From the IMG/VR virus record IMGVR_UViG_3300033521_000722, positions 1 through 42,882 of that record: a stretch of 42,882 nucleotides of DNA. One strand, given 5' to 3'. Shown here piece after piece: positions 16,808 through 25,991 of this stretch. A program made the translations under genes and the position numbers. Under the pieces are notes generated by a model that saw only the letters and a program-made list of their open reading frames with translations, did no database searches and was not told the DNA's origin. This DNA comes from a virus (taxonomy: Duplodnaviria > Caudoviricetes). Position 1 is the stretch's first letter, and each line of letters opens with the position of its first letter.

Positions 16808-17913
16808 TGGCTTTTATCTGGTCTTCACTATCTCAAGGTGACAAAATCACGTTTGCTTTCCTGGACGAAATCAGGGACAACGTGGATTCTATCAAGGACA
16901 CCCTTGCAAACAAAACGTACCACGCATCTGTGGACAACACAGCAGATGCATCCATGGACTCAGGGGAAGACAGCTCAGCGGACTCTTCGGAAGATGATAC
17001 AGCAGATGCTACGCAGGACAATACTGTTGATGTTGCGCAGGACGACACTGCTGACGCAACAAAGAACGTCACTGTTGATGCAAGCCAAGATGACACCGCA
17101 GACGCTACAAAAAACGTGTCTGTAGATGCCTCTCAAGATGACACCGCAGATGCAACTAAAAACGTGACAGTGGACGCAAGCCAAGATGACACTGCTGATG
17201 CTACAAATAATGTATCAGTAGAGGCAGCAGAAGATGACACAGCTGACGCTACAAAGAATGTAACAGTGGATGCATCTCAGGACGATACGGCTGACGCAAC
17301 ACAAGATAATACTGTGGACGCTACTCAGAATGATACTGCTGATGCAACCAAGGACAATGCGGTTGACCTTGCTGAGGATGACACAGTTGATGCAACCCAA
17401 GACAATACAGTAGATGCTGATGAAGACGTTACTATTGATTTAGCAAAGGACAACACGGTAGATGCTGCTGAGAATGACACTGCTGATGCGACCAAGAACA
17501 ACACCGTGGACGCTGCGCAGGATGATACGGCAGATGTATCCAATGATGAGACAGTAAATGCTTCTGATAATTTCCTGGCAGAAACAACCAGGAATGTAAG
17601 TGTGGACGCATCTCAGAACATTACAGCTGATGGTGCTAACGATGTTACTGTTGATGCAGCTCAGGATGATTCACAGAATGCATCAGACGATGTGACAGTT
17701 GACACGGGGGAAAACAACACCAACGATGCGGACAAAGACAACACCGTTGATGCCGATAAAGACAATACCATTGATGCGACAAAGAACAATACTGCTGAGG
17801 CAGCGAATGATGTAGGGTATGATGGTACTCTCCATGGTTCGGATAATGCTGCTAATTACTCAAACAACACAAACAACGCAAATAATGCGGACTTTGCGGT
17901 TTGCTACAAGTAA
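16807..17913 (+). CDS. Asp/Asn-rich repeat protein 2 (368 aa), candidate modification substrate
   Basis: One leader-like motif, then 8/16-aa repeats such as DDTADATKNVTVDASQ. Confidence 0.8.
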   Translation: MAFIWSSLSQGDKITFAFLDEIRDNVDSIKDTLANKTYHASVDNTADASMDSGEDSSADSSEDDTADATQDNTVDVAQDDTADATKNVTVDASQDDTADATKNVSVDASQDDTADATKNVTVDASQDDTADATNNVSVEAAEDDTADATKNVTVDASQDDTADATQDNTVDATQNDTADATKDNAVDLAEDDTVDATQDNTVDADEDVTIDLAKDNTVDAAENDTADATKNNTVDAAQDDTADVSNDETVNASDNFLAETTRNVSVDASQNITADGANDVTVDAAQDDSQNASDDVTVDTGENNTNDADKDNTVDADKDNTIDATKNNTAEAANDVGYDGTLHGSDNAANYSNNTNNANNADFAVCYK

Positions 17914-17922
17914 AGGAACACG

Positions 17923-19230
17923 ATGAATCAGAACGATCTCTTAGTTGAAAGTTTCTTGAATCGCACTTTTTTCAAGGCTTGGAAAAGCCCTACTGACGAG
18001 GCTTTCAACAACTACAGCCACCTAGAGGTTCAGCTCAGTGGTGAGTGTGATCTTCGGTGCAAGTACTGTTACTTAGCAAAATTCAAGAAGGATTTGTACC
18101 CGGCTACGATTGGGCACAAGGAAGATGTGCTGCATAACCTGGACATCCTAATGGCTTGGCTTGAAGAGAACAAGATGTACCCTGTCTTCGAGATCTTTTC
18201 TGGTGAGCCTTTTGCTAAGGACGTAGGGTATGAGGCTGCGGATAAGATCCTTGACTTCTATGGGAGGAATGGATTGAAGCCAATGCTGTCCACTCCAACA
18301 AACATGTCATTCCTTTTCGATGAGGAAAAGACAGAGAGGATGGAGGGACTCCTGGCAAAGGCAGAGAATTTGGGTATTGGCTTTCATCTCAGTGCATCTG
18401 TAGATGGAAAGTTTTGTGAGGAGAATCGACCTTTCAGGGATGGGAGAAAATATACTGATGATTACTACGACAAACTTTTTAACTTTGCTCAGAAGCATTC
18501 TGTTGGCTTCCATCCTATGGTCTATAGCAATAACATTGAGAGGTGGAAAGAAAATTTTCTGTGGTTTCAGGAGATGTTCAAGAGATACGGAATCAGTCCG
18601 TTGAAGCTTTATCTTCTGGAAGTTCGCAATAAAGAGTGGTCCAGGCAACAGCTGAAGGACTTCTATGATTTCTGGAAGTTTGTGATGAGGTGGATAGTTG
18701 ACTTTGCTCCTGTCAAGAAAGAAGATCTACCCAAGTGGTGTCACCAGCATAAGCCCTTCAATGTTACTACCTTGTGGGGGACGGTAGGTAGAGGGATGGG
18801 TTGCTCAGTACAGTCAACAGTACAGCTCAGGGTTGGAGACCTGACAGCCTCTGTTTGTCATCGTTGTGCGTACAAGTCAACCAACCTCTGGAAGTTTGCA
18901 GTGGAGAACGACAAGATAGTGGGCATCAAGGCAATTAACCCGGAGCTGTTGATTGCTATGGAGACTATCCACACAAGAACAATGCCACAGTGTGAGAGCT
19001 GCTTTGTTGGTCACTTCTGCACAGGGCAGTGCCTTGGGTCAATGTTTGAAGTGAACCAAGATCCGTTTATGGTAATACCAACTGTGTGCGCCTTGGAGCA
19101 TATCAAGGTTGCAGCAACATTTGATGGGCTAAAGGAGAAGGGTGTGCTGGCTTACTTTTATGATTGGTGCAACCCGGAGAAGAAGATTGTGGTTGACCAG
19201 TATCTGGAAAGATTCATGGGGGGAAAATGA
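17923..19230 (+). CDS. radical SAM/SPASM enzyme 2
   Basis: CDLRCKYC; FSGEPF; ASVDG; GCSVQ...VCHR...CESC-x5-C-x3-C...C, a full SPASM cysteine pattern. Confidence 0.92.
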   Translation: MNQNDLLVESFLNRTFFKAWKSPTDEAFNNYSHLEVQLSGECDLRCKYCYLAKFKKDLYPATIGHKEDVLHNLDILMAWLEENKMYPVFEIFSGEPFAKDVGYEAADKILDFYGRNGLKPMLSTPTNMSFLFDEEKTERMEGLLAKAENLGIGFHLSASVDGKFCEENRPFRDGRKYTDDYYDKLFNFAQKHSVGFHPMVYSNNIERWKENFLWFQEMFKRYGISPLKLYLLEVRNKEWSRQQLKDFYDFWKFVMRWIVDFAPVKKEDLPKWCHQHKPFNVTTLWGTVGRGMGCSVQSTVQLRVGDLTASVCHRCAYKSTNLWKFAVENDKIVGIKAINPELLIAMETIHTRTMPQCESCFVGHFCTGQCLGSMFEVNQDPFMVIPTVCALEHIKVAATFDGLKEKGVLAYFYDWCNPEKKIVVDQYLERFMGGK

Positions 19231-19700
19231 ACTTTGAAACTGTGAAGAAAGTTCTTAGCAAGGGTAATGGGAATATTCTTTCTCCTGGTGTAGCCACTCA
19301 GGTGGAAGTGATATCCAAGGTAATGATAGAGGATCTCGAATTGAGCCCACCTTCTCAGCTTGCTTCTGAGGACAGGGTCTTCGAGGCACTCACAGCTGTG
19401 TCTGATGCATTCATGAGCAAGGGGTTCGACAAGAATGGTGAGGCTGTGATTGAGGCTTTTGTGCTCCTTACGTATAACTGGAATGAGAATGTTTACAAGT
19501 CAGACATACTCGGTACCTTTGCTAGGAGCATGAAGAAACTGATCGACAGCTACAAAGTCAACAGGAAAGTGTTCCGGGTTATGAGAGAGACACTCATAAG
19601 AGACATGTCCCTCAAGAATTGGGTTCAACCATCAATCAATATCACCAAGGAATACTTGAGCCAACTCCTAGAGGAGACAAACAATGGCAATGGATTTTGA
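19227..19700 (+). CDS. small helical rSAM-associated protein 2 (157 aa)
   Basis: ATGA-coupled to rSAM2; TYNWN and WVQPSI motifs; paralog of 15183..15635. Confidence 0.75.
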   Translation: MNFETVKKVLSKGNGNILSPGVATQVEVISKVMIEDLELSPPSQLASEDRVFEALTAVSDAFMSKGFDKNGEAVIEAFVLLTYNWNENVYKSDILGTFARSMKKLIDSYKVNRKVFRVMRETLIRDMSLKNWVQPSINITKEYLSQLLEETNNGNGF

Positions 19701-20046
19701 CAAAACCAAAATTGAAATTCGTTACAACTCTACGGACTACGGTCCATTCAAGTTTGACTTTACGAATGCCATTCCGTCTGGAACAACTCTCTCCAGCGTG
19801 ACCGTCAAGTCCTATCTTGGGAAAGTCAATCCAGAGGATGCTCTTGCTTCGGAGACAGACACATCGAGTGAGCTAGTGGATACGGTAAAGACCGTGGTCT
19901 CATCCTCATACATTGTGTCTGTGTATTTCAATTATCCGACTACGGCTGCGTACAAGAGTGATGTTGCTCACACACTTATTTTTGAGATAACGCTAAGCAA
20001 CAGCGCAAAGCATGCATACTACTTTTATGAAGTACGTGTGATGTAA
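19684..20046 (+). CDS. putative fibre-tail adaptor-like structural protein (120 aa)
   Basis: GAGGAG RBS; DYGPFKFDFTNAIPSGTTLSSVTV resembles the DYxFDF/W..L..G.TI.S..V pattern of small phage fibre adaptors. Confidence 0.55.
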   Translation: MAMDFDKTKIEIRYNSTDYGPFKFDFTNAIPSGTTLSSVTVKSYLGKVNPEDALASETDTSSELVDTVKTVVSSSYIVSVYFNYPTTAAYKSDVAHTLIFEITLSNSAKHAYYFYEVRVM

Positions 20047-20048
20047 GT

Positions 20049-21521
20049 ATGGAACTAAACTATACCAGTGTTCCAACATTTGCACAGATTCACCTAGACC
20101 CGAACAAGTACATCTTCTGCATGGGACCAGTTGGTTCGGGGAAGTCTTCAGGGTGCATCTGGCACATTGTGCTCAACGGGCTGATGCAGGTTCCGCAGTA
20201 CGATGGTGTGAGACGGTCCAGGTACGGGGTGCTCAGGGCAACGTACCCAGCTCTGAAGTCCACGGTTGTAAAGTCCTGGCAGAACTGGTTCAAGAACCTG
20301 ATCACGATTACGTATGATGTACCAATCAGGGGCATGATAAGGTTGCCACACCCTGATGGGCAGACGAGTGTTGAGATCGAGATCGTCTTCATAGCTCTGG
20401 ACCGGGAAGAGGACGTGAACAAATTGCAGTCACTCGAACTGACAGGAGCGCACCTCAACGAAGCAGCCGAGATTCCGAAGGCTGTGCATCAGATGCTGAA
20501 GTCTCGTACCAATCGGTATCCTGACATGGCTTCTGGTGGTCCGAGGGCTCCGTTCATCATCTGTGACTACAACGCTGTACCGTCCAACCACTGGCTGTAC
20601 AATCTGGCTGAGGAAGAGAAACCTCCGAAGCACAGCTTCTACAGGCAACCTCCAGCTCTGCTGCGGGTTGACCAGGGAGAGAGCAGCATTGTTGATGGTG
20701 GTGGAAACTGTTATATTGTCAACCCCAAAGCGGACAACATCACAAACCTTCCAGCTGATTACTACGAGGAAATGGTTTACGGTGCTGACCCTGAGTGGGT
20801 CAATGTCATGGTGCTCAACAACTATGGCATGGTGAGATCTGGAAGACCTGTGTATCCAGAGTACATTGACAGTGTCCACTACAGTGAGAAGTTGACACAG
20901 CCGATCATGGGGGTACCGATCATCATAGGAATGGACCTCGGGCTTACCCCGGCAGCAGCGTTCACACAGCTGACACCTATGGGCAACTTCCTGGTCCTTG
21001 ACGAATTGGTGACAGAGGATTGCAGCATTGAGAAGTTTTGTCAGGATATCCTGAAGCCACACATTGCAATCCACTACCCGAAGCACAGCTTTGAGCTGGT
21101 CATAGACCCGGCAGCTGTGAACAGATCACAGAATGATGCTAAGGCAGCAGCTGAGATCATCAAGAATTGTGGGCTGAATTTCAGGCTGGGAAAGACAAAC
21201 AACCAGCTGAGGCGTAAAGAATCGGTAGTGTACTTCCTGAGAAAACGTGATGGTCTGGTCCTCGGGAACAAATGTCAGTATCTGCGGAAGGGCTTCATCA
21301 GCGACTTCAAGTTTGAGAAGAAGAGAACCAGCGCAATGCAAGTCACTGATGATATGGTAGGGCTGTTTAAGGACAAGTGGGAAAAGAATATCTACAGCCA
21401 TATTCATGAAGCTTTGCAGTACGCAGCTCTCGAGTGCTCAGAAGGTCGAACAGGCAAGAAGAGAAAGAAGATGAGACCAGCATCATACAACAACCCAGCT
21501 GATCAATCTGCTGGGTACTAA
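20049..21521 (+). CDS. terL: terminase large subunit
   Basis: Walker A GPVGSGKS, Walker B-like AHLNEA, nuclease motifs GMDLGLTPAA and SHIHEALQY; directly upstream of the portal. Confidence 0.95.
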   Translation: MELNYTSVPTFAQIHLDPNKYIFCMGPVGSGKSSGCIWHIVLNGLMQVPQYDGVRRSRYGVLRATYPALKSTVVKSWQNWFKNLITITYDVPIRGMIRLPHPDGQTSVEIEIVFIALDREEDVNKLQSLELTGAHLNEAAEIPKAVHQMLKSRTNRYPDMASGGPRAPFIICDYNAVPSNHWLYNLAEEEKPPKHSFYRQPPALLRVDQGESSIVDGGGNCYIVNPKADNITNLPADYYEEMVYGADPEWVNVMVLNNYGMVRSGRPVYPEYIDSVHYSEKLTQPIMGVPIIIGMDLGLTPAAAFTQLTPMGNFLVLDELVTEDCSIEKFCQDILKPHIAIHYPKHSFELVIDPAAVNRSQNDAKAAAEIIKNCGLNFRLGKTNNQLRRKESVVYFLRKRDGLVLGNKCQYLRKGFISDFKFEKKRTSAMQVTDDMVGLFKDKWEKNIYSHIHEALQYAALECSEGRTGKKRKKMRPASYNNPADQSAGY

Positions 21522-21531
21522 GGGGTAAACA

Positions 21532-23664
21532 GTGGACCAGAACGACCTCAAGAAACAAGAGCAGGATCAACAGTTGTACACAGAAACCTTTCAGGCAGCT
21601 GCAAGGGCAGAGAAGATTGCAACGGATGATGACTACACAAAGTACATGACACCGCTTGCGCTTACCTTGAAGGGGCTTTTCAATGAGTACGAGATCGACA
21701 GACGTGAGCTGGAAGAGAGATGGCTGCAAGATCTCAGACAGTGGAGAGGTGAGTACGACCCGGCTGTGCTGAAGAACTTCCACCCTAAAAGATCGAAGGC
21801 TTTCCTGTCAATCACCAGAACAAAGGTGAATGCAGTCTCAGCTCGTGAAACGGACCTGCTCTTCCCTGCTAACGGGGAAAAGAACTGGGGCATTGAACCT
21901 ACCCCTGTTCCTGAGATGAACCCACAGCTTGTCCAGGGTCTTGTTGAGCAGTACATAGCACAGACAGGTCAGGAGATCTCAGAGGAGTTTATCAAGCAGG
22001 AGATCAACAAGGAAGCGAAGAAACGCTGTGAAGCCATGGAGATGGATATGGCTGACCAGCTCGTAGAACTGAAGTACAGGCAGACCATTCGCAACACCAT
22101 CAAAGATGGAAACCTTTATGGGACGGGTGTTCTCAAGGGACCGCTGGTCAAGAGACAGATAGTCAAGAGGTGGTTGCCGAATGAGCAAACTGGAGAGTGG
22201 GTCACCGTGTCCATGGAGCGGTACAGCCCCTGGTGCGAGCACGTGTCCGTGTGGGACTTCTATCCTGACATGAGTGCGAGGACCATGGCTAATGCCCGTG
22301 GTGTGTTTCAGAGACACGTCATGTCCAGACACAAGGTGTGGGATTTGGCAAAGAGGGCAGACTTCAACAAAGCTGCAATCACAGCGTACATCAAGAACCA
22401 GAAGGAAGGTGATGCTCCCCTGAAGAACTGGGAGCAGGATCTCAACACACTCAACCGTGCTGGCTCAGGCTCGAGCACTACTGGCTATAAGGAAACAACG
22501 AGTGCTGGGACATCCACGCTGGGCACGGGAACGGGTGCAATAAAGCGCAGACAGAAATACGAGATTCTGGAATATTGGGGATATGTCAATTCAGCAGATC
22601 TCATTGAGGCTGGTGTTGATATAGACGAAGAGACACTCGGTCCTGAAGTTGCCGTGAACATCTGGCTCCTTGGTCCTATAATCATCAAAGCTGTGGTGTC
22701 TGGCATTGACGGTGTCGAGATTCCGTACCACGTGTACTACTACGAGAAAGATGACACGAGCATCTTCGGTGAAGGCATCCCCACGATCATGAGAGATGTG
22801 CAGAAGCTGTTCAACGCCAGTGTGAGAGCCATGCTTGACAACGCTGCCATTGCAGCTGGGCCAATCATTGAAGCCAACACTGACCTTCTTGACACCTCAG
22901 AAGACCCGAGGGACATCTATCCCTTCAGGGTGTTCGCAAGAGATGGGATGGGAATGGAAGCAGCGTCTCCCGCTATCCGTGTGTACAATGTGACGAGCTA
23001 CACGGGAGAGTACATGAACATGATCAACTTCTTCCTGAACTCCGCTGATGACATCACCACGATTCCTCGGTTCATGTATGGTGATAGTAATCAGGTGCAG
23101 GGTGCAGGGAAGACAGCCACTGGTTTGTCGATGCTCATGGGTGCTGCCAACGTTACGCTGAAAGAACAGATCAAGAACTTTGATGATGGTATCACCAAGC
23201 CCTTCATCAAAGCTTTGTATCATTGGAACATGGAGTTCAACCCGAAGGAACATGTCAAGGGCGACTTCAGCATTACAGCTGTTGGGTCTTCTTCCCTGAT
23301 TGCACGAGAGGTGAGGATGGAGAGTTTGATGCAGTTCTTGAACTACACCAACAACCCCACTGACCTGATGTACACAAACCGTGGCAACGTGCTGAAGGAG
23401 ATGGCTAAAGCCATGGACCTTGGAGAGCTGGGCCTGATCAAGGATTCCAACACTATCAAGATGGAAGAGGATGCTAGAGCACAGGCTCAAGCAGAGGAGA
23501 AGGCATTCGCAATGAAGCTTGCAGAGATGAAGGCTTCATCTGGTGGGCATGTCAATCCACAGGAAGAAGGTGGGATGCGTCCTACCATGGAATCTACTAC
23601 ACCTGCGGAATTGCAGGGGGGCAAAGTCCCGGAGGTGATTAGTGCAGAAGGACAACCTATATAA
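21532..23664 (+). CDS. portal protein (710 aa)
   Basis: Position after terL; LYGTGVLKGP, DFYPD, FGEGIP..MRD.Q...N...R...DN and TATGLSML motifs of podovirus portals. Confidence 0.92.
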   Translation: MDQNDLKKQEQDQQLYTETFQAAARAEKIATDDDYTKYMTPLALTLKGLFNEYEIDRRELEERWLQDLRQWRGEYDPAVLKNFHPKRSKAFLSITRTKVNAVSARETDLLFPANGEKNWGIEPTPVPEMNPQLVQGLVEQYIAQTGQEISEEFIKQEINKEAKKRCEAMEMDMADQLVELKYRQTIRNTIKDGNLYGTGVLKGPLVKRQIVKRWLPNEQTGEWVTVSMERYSPWCEHVSVWDFYPDMSARTMANARGVFQRHVMSRHKVWDLAKRADFNKAAITAYIKNQKEGDAPLKNWEQDLNTLNRAGSGSSTTGYKETTSAGTSTLGTGTGAIKRRQKYEILEYWGYVNSADLIEAGVDIDEETLGPEVAVNIWLLGPIIIKAVVSGIDGVEIPYHVYYYEKDDTSIFGEGIPTIMRDVQKLFNASVRAMLDNAAIAAGPIIEANTDLLDTSEDPRDIYPFRVFARDGMGMEAASPAIRVYNVTSYTGEYMNMINFFLNSADDITTIPRFMYGDSNQVQGAGKTATGLSMLMGAANVTLKEQIKNFDDGITKPFIKALYHWNMEFNPKEHVKGDFSITAVGSSSLIAREVRMESLMQFLNYTNNPTDLMYTNRGNVLKEMAKAMDLGELGLIKDSNTIKMEEDARAQAQAEEKAFAMKLAEMKASSGGHVNPQEEGGMRPTMESTTPAELQGGKVPEVISAEGQPI

Positions 23665-23875
23665 CAAGATAAAGGAGTTTGAGGGGACTGAGTGTTTCAT
23701 GCTATTCAGGACTCTCTTCTCCAGGGAGATTGAATCGTACAGAGAAGCAAACGATTCAGCGAAGCAGGAAGACGTAGTCCGCAACCAGGGTGCAATTGCA
23801 GCACTGAGAAAGATTCTGAAGTTTACTGCACCCGGTGAGCCCAAAGAGGTTTACAGCGGATCGATAGGAGACTAA
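23642..23875 (+). CDS. small helical head-region protein (77 aa, Bbp19-like position)
   Basis: GGAGGTG RBS; R.QGAIAALR motif; lies between portal and scaffold. Confidence 0.65.
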   Translation: MQKDNLYNKIKEFEGTECFMLFRTLFSREIESYREANDSAKQEDVVRNQGAIAALRKILKFTAPGEPKEVYSGSIGD

Positions 23876-23927
23876 CATGTTATTCGGCCCGAGCAGGGAA
23901 GATTGTCTCGGATACCAGGAGGGGAAC

Positions 23928-24890
23928 ATGGCTGACGAAGAGAAGAAGGAAGAGGAAAAGAAAGAGGAAGCTGCTGAAGAGAAGACCGATCAAGAAGTGT
24001 TTGATGAGGCATTCAAGGAAGCAGTAGCTGAGCCAGAACCTGCCAAGGAAGAAGTAAAAGAGGACAAGCCTGAAGAGGAAGTGCAGGAAGAGAAGCCAGC
24101 TGAAGAAGAGAAAAAGGAAGAACCGAAGGAAGAAGAAAAGTCTGAAGCCCAAGAGGAGATCGATTGGAAAGCCAAGGCAGAGGCTGCGGAAGCAGAGAGA
24201 GCCAAGGTTGAACAGAAGATGAAATCTTGGGAAGGCAGAATCTCTGCTGCCAACAAGAGGGCAGAGGATGAGGCAGCTGCGAGAGCAGCCCTCGAAAAGA
24301 AGCTCCAAGAACGAGACTCAACTCAGGCCAAGAGCGGGGAAGCTCTCCCTGGTGGGGAGGAAGATGACCAAGTTCTGAAGGACTTCGTGGAAGAATTCCC
24401 GTCACTCGAGAAGCCTATCAAGGCACTGGCGAGAAGGATCGCCAGCAAGATTGTTGATGACAAGATCAAGGACATTGAGCCCAAGATCACTCAGGTAGCA
24501 AAGAAGATCGAGCCGATTGAGCAGAGCATCAAGCAGAGCAATGACGATGCACATTTTGAAACTATCGGCAAGGCACATTCAGATTGGAAGGACATTGTAA
24601 AGTCTGGAAAGCTAACTGAGTGGATTGAGACACAACCCAAGATCATGCAGCAAAGTCTTGACAGAGTGGTGAAGGAAGGTTCAACAGAAGAGGTTATAGA
24701 GATGTTCGACTTGTACAAGAAGTCGAGCACCACCAAAGAGACACCAACCCCGTCACGGACTAAACCTTCTACCAAGAAAGCACAAGACCTCCTTGCAGTT
24801 GATTCCAGCGCAAGCGGGAGCCCGAAAGGGAAAGGACGAACTGACAAGGACGATTTTGATGCAGGGTGGGATGACGCAATCCGTGGCTAA
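23928..24890 (+). CDS. capsid scaffolding protein (320 aa)
   Basis: GGAGGGG RBS before ATG 23928; E/K-rich coiled-coil, AHSDW..IV.S....WI motif; immediately before the capsid gene. Confidence 0.8.
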   Translation: MADEEKKEEEKKEEAAEEKTDQEVFDEAFKEAVAEPEPAKEEVKEDKPEEEVQEEKPAEEEKKEEPKEEEKSEAQEEIDWKAKAEAAEAERAKVEQKMKSWEGRISAANKRAEDEAAARAALEKKLQERDSTQAKSGEALPGGEEDDQVLKDFVEEFPSLEKPIKALARRIASKIVDDKIKDIEPKITQVAKKIEPIEQSIKQSNDDAHFETIGKAHSDWKDIVKSGKLTEWIETQPKIMQQSLDRVVKEGSTEEVIEMFDLYKKSSTTKETPTPSRTKPSTKKAQDLLAVDSSASGSPKGKGRTDKDDFDAGWDDAIRG

Positions 24891-24910
24891 CACAACCATG
24901 GAGAATTACG

Positions 24911-25972
24911 ATGAATACCGTTTATGGTGATATCAGTCCCAGGACTGCTGCATATGTTGTGAAAGAACTCCTCACCAGAGGAATGCCTTTCATGGTCTTC
25001 GAGAAGTACGGGCAGAGCAAACCCCTTCCGAAGAATAGTTCCAAAACCATCAAATTCAGACGCTACTTTCTGAAACACTCTAGCGTCACCACGTTCACCC
25101 CGAAGGACTATTTTGCGACCTCGAATTTCGACCCCACGCAAAAGCAGCTCTCGGAAGGTGTGACCCCTGATGCCACCCAGCTGGACAAGCAGGACATCGA
25201 TGCTACTCTGGTCCAGTACGGTGACAGGACCGTGATCACTGACGTGATCATGGATACCCATGAAGACCCCATCCTCTCTGAGGCTACTGAAGTCCTCGGG
25301 GAACAGGCTGCGATCATCATGGAGAAAGCCCGTTTCAACGTTCTCAAGGCCGGGACCAACGTGGTCTACGCTGCGGTTGCCAATACCCAGCGGTCTGACG
25401 TGAATGCTGTGTTCTCCGCTACCGTGCAGAGGACCGCTGTCAGGACGCTCAAGAGGCAGCTTGCTCGGCCTATTACCTCCATCGTGAAGTCAACCCCGTC
25501 CTATGGAACGGAAGCGATCAGCCCTGCTTTCATCGCCATCTGTCACCCTGACTTGGAATACAATATTCGCAAAGCCAGTGGTTTCGTTGCGAGTGAAAAG
25601 TACGGCACGGTTGCCCCGCTGGAAGGCGAGATTGGCAAGATCGGTGATTGCCGTTACATCGTGTCCACCATTGTGGAGCCCTGGAAGTCTGCGGGTGCTA
25701 CTGGTGGAACCAACGTGGTTCAGACCAATGGGACTAACGCTGACGTGTATCCCATTCTTTACTTCGCCAAGGATGCGTATGGCCTCGTTCCCCTCAAAGG
25801 GAAAGAGAGCATCGTGCCCATGGTGGTTAACCCCAAACCCTCTGATTCTGACCCGATGGCTCAAAGGGGACACGTTGCCTGGAAAACCATGGCTACGACT
25901 ATTATCCTCAATGACTCCTGGATGGTCCGGGTAGAGTGCGCAGCTCAGGCTGACGGTTACCTCACTGACTAA
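24911..25972 (+). CDS. major capsid protein, N4-gp56 family
   Basis: YGDISPRTAAY, LPKNSSKTIKFRRY, LSEGVTP, QYG...ITD, EGEIG, SDPMAQRGHVAWK. Confidence 0.93.
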   Translation: MNTVYGDISPRTAAYVVKELLTRGMPFMVFEKYGQSKPLPKNSSKTIKFRRYFLKHSSVTTFTPKDYFATSNFDPTQKQLSEGVTPDATQLDKQDIDATLVQYGDRTVITDVIMDTHEDPILSEATEVLGEQAAIIMEKARFNVLKAGTNVVYAAVANTQRSDVNAVFSATVQRTAVRTLKRQLARPITSIVKSTPSYGTEAISPAFIAICHPDLEYNIRKASGFVASEKYGTVAPLEGEIGKIGDCRYIVSTIVEPWKSAGATGGTNVVQTNGTNADVYPILYFAKDAYGLVPLKGKESIVPMVVNPKPSDSDPMAQRGHVAWKTMATTIILNDSWMVRVECAAQADGYLTD

Positions 25973-25991
25973 TCAGTGAGTTGGCTGTAAA

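Noticed and set aside
15850-17800. Possible CRISPR array or DNA tandem repeat
   Set aside because: Periodicity is at the amino-acid level with synonymous variation; there are no identical DNA repeats separated by unique spacers.
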